From positions 58,158,001 through 58,222,000 of the forward strand of contig NC_087437.1 in the NCBI RefSeq assembly GCF_036321535.1: a stretch of 64,000 bases of DNA, given 5' to 3'. This stretch comes from Camelus dromedarius (lineage: Eukaryota). The position numbers were made by a program, and so were the translations under genes. Below, one piece after another: positions 52,847 through 64,000 of this stretch. Positions within the stretch are counted from its first letter, which is position 1. Every line of letters starts with the position of its first letter. A model generated the notes under the pieces. It did not search any database and was not told the origin of the DNA. It was given only the letters and a program-made list of their open reading frames with translations.

Positions 52847-53152
52847 AGTGATTCTCAAACATTATTGACAAAATAAATGCCAAGGAGCTTGTTAAAAATG
52901 CAGATTTCTCAGCCCTAGACTAGATCTTCTGAATCAGGATTTTTGGAGGTATGACCCAGGAATCTGTATTATTAATATATACTGCATGTTATAAAAATAC
53001 AATCTAAATCCTTGGAAGTTTTTGGGGGTTGGGGGAGGGTAATTAAGTATTTATTTATTTGTAACGGAGGTACTGGGGATTGAACCCACAACCTCATGCA
53101 TGCTAAGCTATAACTTCCTCTCTCTAAATACTTGGAATTTTGAAAAACACTG
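52847..53152. mobile_element. MER5-type MITE interrupted by a SINE
   Basis: TIR-like ends cagtgattctcaaa / tttgaaaaacactg and internal ggagcttgttaaaaatgcagatt. Confidence 0.7.
53018..53122 (-). mobile_element. Vic-1-like SINE with internally deleted head
   Basis: ggaggtactggggattgaaccc (B box, antisense). TSD tctaaat(c/a)cttggaa at 53003-53017 and 53123-53137. Confidence 0.85.
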
Positions 53153-55071
53153 TCTTAAATAAAGCAAAATTATTGTTAATCAAAAGTACACATGTGTATG
53201 AGTGTGCATGTATTGGTCTGCTAAAAGTAAACATGTGTAAAGACCAATAGCTAATAACTTTTACTATTCATTACAATTTGTCAAAGAAATGAAATACTTG
53301 TAGTTCCAGAGAAAAGAAATACCTCCTTTGACTCTAACTTTAAAGAACAGCTATTTGTTTTAAAGTGTTAGTCTAATCAAGCAGAGTGCAAATCTGAAAA
53401 AAAATTATTCTTACTTTAAAAATAAGAATTGATCATTGTGTTGCAAAAGGAAAAAACTGAAGCAACACAAACTCTCAAAAGCAACATGAAAAAATAAAAA
53501 GCATAGAGCAAATTTTTATTTTTAGTCTGTATTTTGTTCTTTTAACTGTGAAAGCTTTTCTGCTGTGTTCTTTGAATGTCCCAGAATTCCCCAGTCTGGA
53601 AGGTCTCCAAATCACACTATCAAGGGTCTCTGGCACACTCACCTGTAGGAAGTCCAGACTTTAACAAACCTATTCTTTCCATGAAGTTCTGGAAACCCCC
53701 AGGCAGGGCTTCGGTGGGTTGTCCATCACCCCGGTCAGCTGTTGGGTTCCTGCTTTGGAACATTGCTTCCTGCCATCCTGAGAAGGCTTGGTTCTGTGGT
53801 TCAGGCAATTGCTGCTCTCCCCGCTCCTTCAGGCAGACCATGGCAGAGACCCTGCCAGTGAGAGGGGAGTGCTGAGACCGAGCTGGAGCAATTAAAGGAC
53901 TTTACTGAAAGCTTGTCAACAATTAGAGGAAATTATAGCACAAATAACTTAAACATGGATACGCTGCTCTTGGACACAGACCCTTATCACTGACCCCTTA
54001 CTATGCAACTTCCTGTCTGGCTGTCTGTGGTCTTGCTACTTTAAAATTCAGCCAGGCTGTTTAATCTCTGGATTGCAGCTGTGATAGGGTTCAGCCTGCT
54101 TTACCCAATGGGAGTCCCTCTCATGATGCTCTCTTCTCCAGAAACCTAGCCCCGTTTCCTTGAAAACCAGAAAAAAATTGTTTTCCCCCATCCACAAGTC
54201 AAAGTCCCACTGGGGCTAGTCCTAGATCATTTTAATCTCATTGAGGATGACTGTCATTGGGGATGCCATTTCCCTTGAGAGAAAATTTCAAACTTATACA
54301 TAGTGAGATAATCTTACCCCCTTTGACCCCAAATAAATCAGATCATATGATTTCTTATAATTTGCATCAAACTATGTCTCAAATATTGCCTATTCAGCAT
54401 CAGTATAATCCTCAAAGACACAACCCTTCAGACATTTGTCCTTCAATAAGGTTCAACAATAACACATTTCCACATCAAGACTATTCTCCTGTATTATGTT
54501 ATGACCGGCCTACACAACCTTCTAAGTCTTTTAGAGATCTTGTCCTGATCTCCTATGAGTAACAGTTTGAATAAGAGCATTCACATGGGCCAGGATCTAT
54601 CAATAATATATGAGCATCAAGCAGACTAACATAATCTGGAAAGACAAAGATCTGCTAAAGAATTAATCCTGTTTATATACTAACCAGAACCTTAATTTCT
54701 CCATCTGAAACACCAGTATTTGGGTTACTACACTGCACATGAAAGTTCTTCCCAATAATAATACACGGATATGTGTCCTGTCTAGTAATGGAGTCTCCAC
54801 GTACTCCCTCCCCACAACTAAGAAGATCATCTCCCTGGAAATTCAAGATTCTATCCCTTAGAAAATAGAAATAGTCTGCATCTTATAAGTAACATTTTTT
54901 CCAGCCTTTCTCATTCAAGTGTTAAAAAAAAAAAACCTGTGGAGCCTTATTAAAGATGAGTTATTTTGTGTGTTTATTTACTTCATTGGTTGCTTTCGTT
55001 TGATGATTTGATTTAGTTTTGGCCTAGGAAGTACATCCAAGAGTGGGATGATTATCCAGGCAAATTTCTTC

Positions 55072-55377
55072 CTTTTTTTCTCTTTTTTTAATTGAAGTAT
55101 AGTCAGTTACAGTGTATCAATTTCTGGTGCACAGCATAGTATTTCAGTCATATACATACATACATTCATTTTCATATTCTTTTTCTTATAGGTTACTACA
55201 AGATATTGAATATAGTTCCTTGTGCTATACAGAAGACATTTGTTTTTAAATCTATTTTATATATAGCAGTCAGTATCTACAAATCTCAAACTCCCAATTT
55301 ACCCCCTCCCAGCCCCTTTCCCCTTGGTAACCATTAGTTTGTTTACTATGTCTGTGAGTCTGTTTCTGTTTTATCTA
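55072..55377 (-). mobile_element. 5'-truncated young L1 3' end
   Basis: TSD caaatttcttc at 55061-55071 and 55378-55388. Antisense L1 3'UTR. Confidence 0.9.
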
Positions 55378-56167
55378 CAAATTTCTTCTTTAAGCTACTG
55401 CTGCTAATTCTCCCCTACAGAGTTAATCTTTCTTTGCCTCCATTTTCCCAATTGTTAAATGAGAACAAGATACTACTTGCCAAGTACGGATTAATCTATG
55501 TAAAGTACTACTCAAGTGCTAAGTAGTTTTGCTCTTGCTACTTATCATCAATAAGAAATTATCTTAATGCTGTGGAGGTAACGGTAATTTGTTGAAGTCT
55601 AGTGAGAAATAGCATAGTAACACATGAAATTGACATCTAACAGTTTTAAAACAGCACGGTTCATTACTTATAGACTGCATAGTTGGATTGAATATATATT
55701 TTAGAACCCTGACATTCTAAGAGTGGTTTGGCATCTAATTAATATGCTAATTAATTGGTTAATAAAACATTATCTTGAAAGTTTAGTAAATTTCCATTCT
55801 TGGTGGGGTAAGGGGTAAAAATGTGAAATAGTCTTTTTTTATGTTTCAGTGTATAACTATCTTAACATTATGTATCTATCTACCTGTCATCTACATATTT
55901 TTGCATAGAACCTTAGTTGTGCAGAAACAGGGTAATACTAATGTACAGTAAGAACCCGGACTTCAAAATCTGTGATCTTGCTATGCACAACTGGCTTATT
56001 TCCAGTTTTTCTCTTGCTTCATAATAGCTACATGAGGTGAGTGCATCAAAAACATCCTTTGCAATTTTGGTGTAAACTTATTGTTCAAATTCCCTTTTTA
56101 ATCTATATGACATTCCATAAAATAGAATTAAAGAGTAAATATGCAATTCTAAAACCAAGCACAACAC

Positions 56168-56790
56168 TGTGGGGCCTTCCCAGGAACATACCCCCTTCCT
56201 TGTGTCCCCCGCTTCTTGTTTGTAAAAAAGCTTTAGCCTCCTAAGCTTTCCTTGAATTCCAAAGAGAAAATTTTATCAGAGAAGTGATAAAATGCAGAAA
56301 TAAAGGAAAACAGCCAATCAAGACAAAATAATAATAGTTTAGCCATAAAATGAAGTCCAGGACCTTTAGTTATTTCTCAAGGGCTGTAGATAATATCCTG
56401 AGCCATATCCCTGAGTTGTTTTGCAGATACTAAAACCCCTACCAGGCAGAAGTTAACTGCATACTGACCACAAGCATGTAGACCCAAGACCTGCTGGAAC
56501 CAGAAGACTGATGACATTAACTATAAAAATAGCCACCTCACCACCAACCAATCAATCAGAAGAATGTCCATGAACTGATCAGAACCCCTACAACCCTAAC
56601 CCCTAATGTTGCCTTTAAAAACCCTTCCCTGAAAGACATTGAGGAGTTTTGCTCTTTGGAGGATGAGCTGCCCATTCTCCTTGCCTGGTGCCCTGCAATA
56701 AATGCTGCACTTTCCTTCACCACAATCTGCTGTCAGTAGATTGACTTTGTTGCACCTTAAGCTAGTGGGCCCAAGTTTGGTTAAGTAACA
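56168..56790 (+). mobile_element. ERV1-class LTR (~620 bp)
   Basis: TG...CA ends (tgtgggg...gtaaca), CCAAT, TATA-like tttaaaaa at ~56613, AATAAA at 56697-56702. No TSD visible. Confidence 0.75.
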
Positions 56791-57335
56791 GTTTGGGCAA
56801 GTAAAATTTTACTGATCGAATAGTTCCCAAATGAAATTAATATAAAGATTGGAAATAAATAAAAAGAGTAAAACAGAAAAGAATCAATAACATCTGCATC
56901 TGAATTTCTAGAGAACACAAGGGGAGTTCTGCTATATAATCTTATTCCTGGAAAAAATGGCCTTCTTGCATTGCATGTATTCTTTCTCATCCAGGCAATT
57001 CAGAAAACAAAGAGTATGCTACTGCTTATAGGTAAAAGAGTAGCTTGTATCAGAATAAACTCCTGCTGAAAATAATTATAAAAGAAAATAAAATGCACAA
57101 CACAGATGTTGAAAAGTGCCAGGGAGCAACCGAAGTAGCCATGATGTGAGGGGTCACGATAACGAAGAAAAACAAACTTTGGATAAGTAAGCCCAGCACA
57201 TAACTTTCCACTGAGGCATTTGATGATTCCTAAGCTGTACATATGGGGGAAAGAGGCTGAGAAAATAAACACAAAGCAGCTGCTCAAAGGCTAAAATGCT
57301 AATAGAGCCTCTGGAAGTCTTACTAGGTTGGGCAG

Positions 57336-57718
57336 CTTTATGGACTTGCTGTTTGTGTCCCCCCAGAATCACAGTCCTAACCCCCAATGTGATGGTATTT
57401 GAAGATGGGGCCTTTGACAGGTAATTAGGGTTGGATTAGGTCAGAGAGCAGGGTGACCATGATGGAATTAGTCATCTCATAAGAAGAGGAAGAAAGAAAT
57501 CTTTCTCTCTTTCTGTGTGATGCATTGAGGAAAGGCCATGTGAGGCTGCACCAGGAGGTAAGTATCTGCAAGCCAAGAAGAAAGCACTCACTTCAATCCA
57601 ACCATGCTGGCATCCTAATCTCAGCCGTCTAGACTTCACACAGTGAGAAAATAAATTTCTGTTGTTTTAGCCACCTGGTCTATGGTGCTTTTTATGGCAA
57701 CCTGAGCTGACTAAGACC
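57336..57718 (+). mobile_element. MaLR LTR (MLT1A-like)
   Basis: cctaacccccaatgtgatggtatttgaagatggggcctttg...aataaatttctgttgttttagccacc...gctgactaagac. Confidence 0.85.
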
Positions 57719-57799
57719 AAAAGAGAAAAACAGGAGTTAAGGGTCTCCTGAGCAGAAGGGGACCAGGAATATAACTAAGGCTTTTGCTCAGGATGACAG

Positions 57800-60700
57800 A
57801 AGGCTTATGTCTTAGGTGTCAATACAAACTAAGAATAGACAGGCTATTGAAAAGCCTGAAACAACCTCAAAATATCTCAAACCCTAATTGAATCATGATG
57901 ATCCGTTTGCTTGTACAGTATCTTCCCATCAGGATAAAATTAAACCTTCTCCGGAGAAAGATAACATACAAGGATGCAAAGATTTTATATTTTCTTTATA
58001 TATAATAACCAAAATTCACTTAAAAGAAAAAGTATAAAGCAGGCAAACCAGGGTATAAGGCTATAAAACCCAAAACTCAAAGTCAAGCTTTGGGATCAGA
58101 GGTAGGAAGAGAAACAGCAGACCTATAGGTTATCTAGATGTTGAAACTAAAAGCAAAATACTTCATTATTCATTATTATGTAGAATAAAATGGAGGCAAA
58201 ATGGATAAAGTAAATGAAGAGATGAATAATTTCTTTGTTTGAAACACAGAGGAAAAAAGAGTAGAAAATAGAGAAAAGAACGTAAGCAAAATGTGGGACA
58301 CAGTCAAAAGATAGGACCTACATGTAATTGCTGTTCCAAGAAAAAAGGAGAGAGAATGAGGCAAAAGAATATTTGAAGAGATAATAGACAATGTCAAGAA
58401 TTTTCCCAATGACAGACACCAATCCACATACTGAACACAGTTTACAGACTCTAAACAGGATTAAAAAAAAAGCAAAAACCCCACATCTACACACATCATA
58501 GTGTAACCGCTGAAAACAAAAGAAAAAAGAAAATAGATTTTAAAGGGTAGCAGAGAAAAGAGAAGTATCACCTTAAAGGAGCAAAAAAATACTGGCAAAT
58601 GACCTCTTAACAGAAATAGTGACATCTAGAAGACAATGTACCCAAAGGAAATAATTGACAAGCTGTAACTTTATACTCAGCAAAATTTTTCTTCAAAATG
58701 AAAGATAAATACATTTTAAAAGAAAAATAAAAAATAATTTGTCATCAGCAGTCTCCACTAGAAGAAATAAAGTGAGAGGACAGAAATATAGAAAGGAAAA
58801 GAGAATAATGAAAAGAAAAAATGTGTGGGCAGATTTAAGTGAATATTAACTTTACAAAAATAGTAATGTTCTGTGGGGCTTAAAAATGCATATGTAGGAT
58901 TAAAATTTATGGAAAAAATAATGCAAAAGGCAAGAGGAGGAAGAATAAGTTAACATGTTCTAAGGTTCTAGCAATACTCGAGAAGCAGTTAAAAGTGATA
59001 AATTGTATTAGATTATACTAAGTTAAGGATGTATGCAGTAATCTCTAGGGTAACTACTAAAAAAAATAAAAAAGAAATACATAAATGAGCACTCATTGGA
59101 GGAAATCATGGTATAATAAAACATTTTGATTAATCAAAAAATGATAAGAAATAGAAAAAGGAACATAAAATAAGTGAGTCAAATAGAAAACAGAGTAATT
59201 GTGGAATTAAATTTAACTACATTGATGTATTTAGTTTCATTAAATAGATTAATTTAAAACACTAATTACATTAAATGTAAATGGACTGAACATGCCAACT
59301 AAAAGACAATATTGCTAGAGTGGATTAAAAAATGCTCAACAATATACTACTTACAAGATGCATGCTTTAAATACAAGTACATAGATTGGTTCAGAATTTA
59401 AAAATGGAAAAAGATATACCATGTATACACTAACCAGAAAAAGGTAGCGTGAACATACTAATGCCAAATGAAGATTTCATGGACTAAAGCTTTACAAGAG
59501 ACAATGACAGACATTTAATAATGTTAAAGAAGTCAATTAACCAATATATTACAGCAATTCAAATTTTCATGTATCCAATATTATAGCCTCAAAATATAGA
59601 GAGCAATAATGGAGAGAATTAAAATAAGAACTAGATAAAATTATAATCATAAAGGCAAACTTTAACATATTTCTCTCAGTATATAATGGAACAAGCAAGT
59701 AAAGATACACTCAGGAAGGGTATAGAAAATTTGAAAATAATTGGAAACCTGACATAATGGACACATATAGACACCACACACAACAATGACAACATACTCA
59801 GTCTTTTCAAGTATACTTGGCCTTTACCAAGATTGATTATATTCTAGGTCATAAGGCAAACTTCAAGAAATTTGAAAAATTTGAGATCATTCACAATAAT
59901 TTCTCTGCCCACAGTTGAATGAATATAATTCAATCACAAAAAAGACAACAAGAAATCTCCAATTGCTTGGAAATTACATAGCACATTTTAAAATAATTTT
60001 AAACAATTTAAAATAATAATAAAGAGGAAATAAAAATGAAATAAGAACATAATTTTAACTGAAAGATAACAAAGACACTTTGTATACAATCTTATAAAAT
60101 ACATCTAAAGCAGTGCTAATAGGAATAAGGATGCTTATAGGGTTAAATGCATATATTTGAAAGAAAGTTAGACTCAAAATCAATGTTCTAAGGTTCTATT
60201 TTAAGATGCTTGAAAACAAAATAGCAAATTTAACCCAAAGGAAGTGGAAGAAAAAAGTACTAAAGATAAGAGCAGAAATCAATAAAGGAGAAAACATACA
60301 TATAATAGAGAAAGTCATTTGATTCAAAATTTGATTCTTTGCAGAGATTAATACCATTAATAATCCACTAAGAAAACTGATCAAGAAAAAATGAGAGAAT
60401 ATACAAAATTATCAATAAAATAAATGCAAAAGAGGACCTCACTTTAGATAATAAAGATATTTTCAAAGATAATAAAAGAATATTATAAATAATTTATATT
60501 AATATTTTACAATTTAGATGAAATAGAGAAATTTCTTGATAAATGCAACTTGTCAAATCTGACCAAGAAACAAATAATATACCTGAATACTCCTATATCT
60601 ATTAGATAAATTGGATCAAATTTTAAAACCATATACCGAAAGAAAACTCCCAGGTCCGGGTGCTTGATTAATTTTTTCCAAATATTTAAGGAAGAAAAAA

Positions 60701-63700
60701 CAATCTCCAAAACTTTTTTTAGAGATTTAAAAACTGGTGCATTCTTCTCAATTCTTTATGGGCCATAATTCATAATGTTGATTTAAGAAACTGACTATAA
60801 TATTACCAGAAAGAAAAAAATACAGATCACAGACAAAAATCCCAAGAATAAAAAGTACAGAACATGGATAGAAATCTTAAAGAAAAGACTAGCAAATTAA
60901 ATTATGCATTATATAGAAAAGTATACATCATAATCAAGTAGAGTTTATTCTAGGTATTAAGGGTGATATGACATTAAAAATCAAGTAATATAATTTACCA
61001 AAGTAATAGAAAAAACCAAAAATATGATCTTATGAGATAAAGAAAATTACTTGATAAAGCTTATCTTCCATTCATGATTTAAAAAAAAAGCCTTAGCATA
61101 AAAGGAATAGGAGGGAACTTCTTTTATTGACAAAGAGTACTTTATAAAATGTATATAGCAAACATCAAATTAAATAAATAAAATATTAAAAACTTTCCTT
61201 GAGATACAAAACAAGACAGGGATGCTGCTACTACCAATTTCACTTAATATTGTACTGAAAGTTTTACTCAGGAAAATGCAAGAAAAAAGTAAAAATTTGT
61301 ATGAACCTAATAAAATAATTTCAAAATATATAAAGGAAAATTTGATACTACTAGAGGGAGAAATGAAAAAACATACAATTACAGTTGGTGCTTTTAACAT
61401 ACTTTTCTTAGTAACTAATAGAATATGCAAATTAAAAAATAATGATAGAAAGAACAGAAAAGAGTTGAACAACATGGTTATTTAATTTGACAAAACTGGT
61501 ATTTGTAGAAACTGCACCCATTAACTGAAGAATACAGAGTATTCTTCCAGGTGCACGTGAAACTTTTACCAAAAAGGAACCATATGTTGTGCCATAAAGC
61601 AAGTCTCAACAAATTCCAAAAAATTAAAATTAAGTAGAGTATGCTTTTAGACAACAGTAGAATTAAGCTATCTCTCAATAACAAAAATATTTCCCAATCA
61701 CTTGGGAATTACATCATATACTTTTAAATAACTCATGTTTTAAACAGAAAAATCTCAATGGAAATTAGAAAACGTTTAAAAATCAGTAATAACGAAAATG
61801 GGATATATCAAAACTTGTGTGACTAAGTTAAAACAATGTTTAGAGAGAAATTCATGGTTCCTAATGCATACATTAGGAAAGAAGATTGAAAATAAATTTT
61901 CTAACTTAATAAGCTAGAAGAGGAACAGAGAATCATAGCCAAAGAAAATAGAAGAAAATGACAGTTAACAGTAGTAATCAATGAAATAGAAAGCAGATGC
62001 ATGAGAGGAAAAAAAAGCCAAAAGTTCCTTAAAAAAAAAAAATGAATGCAAATGATAAACTCCTAGCAAGACTAAGAAAAAGAGAGAAAACTCAGGTTAC
62101 TAATATTAGGAGTAAAAGTGAGGACATGGCTATACATCCTACAGATATGAAAAAGATGGTAATATTTTTATGAACAACTTTATGCCAATTTGATAATTTC
62201 ATTGAAAGATACAATTTATCAAAACTAACTCAAGCAGAAAGAGAACATCTGAATTCTCATACTTATCAAGAAAAGTGAATCCATTTTCAAAAACCTTCCC
62301 ACAAAAAAAACTATTGGCCCTACTGGTTTCCCTGATAAATCTTCCAAGCATCTATGAAAGAAAGGATAACAATCCTACTCAATATCTTCCAGAGAACTGG
62401 AAAAGAGGGAACATTTTCCGACTCATTTTATTGCATAGATATTAGAATAAAGGAAATACACAGGCTTATTTTCCTTATAAACATAGAAACAAAAATCTTA
62501 GACCAATCATTAGCAAAATGAATTTAAAAAAATCATGACCTATGAGAATTTATTTCAGGAATGCAAGGGTAGTTTAACAATAGAAAATCAATCAATGCAA
62601 TTTACTACATTAATATAATCACAGAGGGAGATTTTCATACAACATTTTCAGAAGTTGATAGCTCATGGAGAAAAAAAAAATAGTAGCATTGTAGTAATAT
62701 GAATAATGCATTTAATTAGCTTAATTCAGCACCTATATAGAACTTAGCCTCAAACAAGAATCTAAATTATTTTCAAGCATACACAAAAAACATTCTCCCA
62801 AAATGACCTTCTACTATGCCACGAAGGGACTCCCAACAGATTCCAAAGAAATGATAAACAGTGCATTCAATTACCAAAAACAACCAGTAAGAAATTAGTT
62901 GAAACATTTTAAACAAGAAATTTATTTGAAAACAAGGCAACACTTAACAACTCATAAGTTGAAGTAATCATAATAAAAAATGTGAAATACTTAGTTTTGA
63001 ACAAAAGAATTACATATAAAATTGGGTGTAGCTGCTTTTATTTGAAAAGCATAATTTTATTTGAAAAGAATAATGAAAATAAATGGGATAAGGTTTCAAG
63101 TCAAGGAGTTAGAAAAGAAAAAAATCAAAGCAAACAAAGAATATAGGAAAAGGTTAAAATAAAAAATTAGTGATATAACAATAAGAGAAATAAATTATCA
63201 AAAGTAAAAAGCTGGTTATTTTACCAAACTCAGGTTTGGCTGTTTGCTGCACAAAAATCAATACTTGGGAGAGACAAATGTTGATAGAAAGGAAAGTTGC
63301 TTTTAATCAGAATTCCAGCAACCTGGGGAGATGGTGGACTCAATGCCCTCAAAAACCAGCTCTGAAAATTCTGCTCAGCCATGAAAGTTTTAAATGGGAA
63401 AGGGGACGTAAAGCTCAGTTAGTCACTGAGACAGGGAGTCAGAGTCATCAGCATCCTCCACTGTGTGCAGGCTTGTCAACTTCTCCTGATCTTTTCTTTA
63501 GAAGCTATCTTGTTCACAAAGTTTGTTTGTGAGATTATGGAAGGGGAAGCTAGAGATCCAGTCATCTGTTAATTACTTAATCTCCATTCTACTTCTTTGA
63601 TCTATGAAGAGGACCCACAGGTTAAGCAAGATATTGTGTGATCAAGATTTGAAAGGTGTGCTAGTGCCAGAGAGTAGAGCATGGGGGTGCCTGGCTTAAG

Positions 63701-64000
63701 GCTGTGACAAGACCAAAGGGTAGTTTTCTTTTCTGCTAAGGGTAGTTTTCTGCAGAGAGCTGCTTATGATGATTTGAATAATAAAGCAAACATATCTGGC
63801 AAAATTAATTGAGAAAAGGAAAGAAGTCACAAATAACTAAAAGAAATATGAAAGGGAAAATATTACCAATATAGTTGAATTTTTAAGATTCGTCAAAAGG
63901 ATACCATGAACAACTTCGCCAATAAATTAAAAAATTTGAATGTAGTGAAAAATATAAATTGAAAAACTGACCAAAAACTAACAGATTGAAAACCTTAAAA
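57800..64000 (+). mobile_element. Old L1M block (ORF1/ORF2 remnants, at least three ORF2 segments); continues past the window end
   Basis: A-rich sense strand with L1 motifs (attacattaaatgtaaatggactgaac, aatggaaaaagatataccatg, aaaactcccaggtcc, caggaatgcaagggtagtttaaca). No long ORF. Confidence 0.85.
63219..63768 (-). mobile_element. ERV1-class LTR inserted into the old L1
   Basis: GC-richer block beginning ttaccaaactcagg, similar in layout to the LTR at 5675. L1 sequence aaaagctggtta|tttgaa resumes after it. Confidence 0.65.

Noticed and set aside
56591..56606. Telomere-like ccctaa units
   Set aside because: Only two imperfect units, inside an LTR.
671..63532. The many 60-160 aa ORFs in the supplied track other than RPL24
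   Set aside because: No recognisable domains. Many start at GTG/TTG or lie inside repeats. Their number and length are what chance gives in mammalian non-coding DNA.
57800..64000. Active or domesticated L1 ORF1/ORF2
   Set aside because: Riddled with stops and frameshifts. The longest sense ORFs are under 100 aa.

Overview
Repeat-rich, gene-poor eukaryotic (mammalian) DNA, not prokaryotic. Three tRNA-derived SINEs resembling the camelid Vic-1 family, and no recognisable Alu, Bov-tA or PRE-1, point to a camelid genome. The only recognisable protein-coding sequence is a full-length processed RPL24 retrocopy (minus strand, 19627-20190). It has a 5'UTR, polyA tail, 8-bp TSD and an intact but decayed 157-aa ORF, and it sits inside an L2. 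The rest is layered transposable elements: young L1 3' ends with TSDs, old L1M blocks, ERV1/ERVL/MaLR LTRs, MER5/MER91 hAT MITEs, MIR and L2. I found no convincing novel biological system. The most unusual observations are: a TSD-flanked L1 5'-tip-only insertion, twin-primed inverted L1s, a triplicated forkhead-motif unit, a ~107-bp degenerate palindrome, and a few strong minus-strand splice-site pairs that might belong to an unannotated transcript. Repeat family names come from my recall of consensus sequences, not from a database search, and boundaries of old repeats are approximate.
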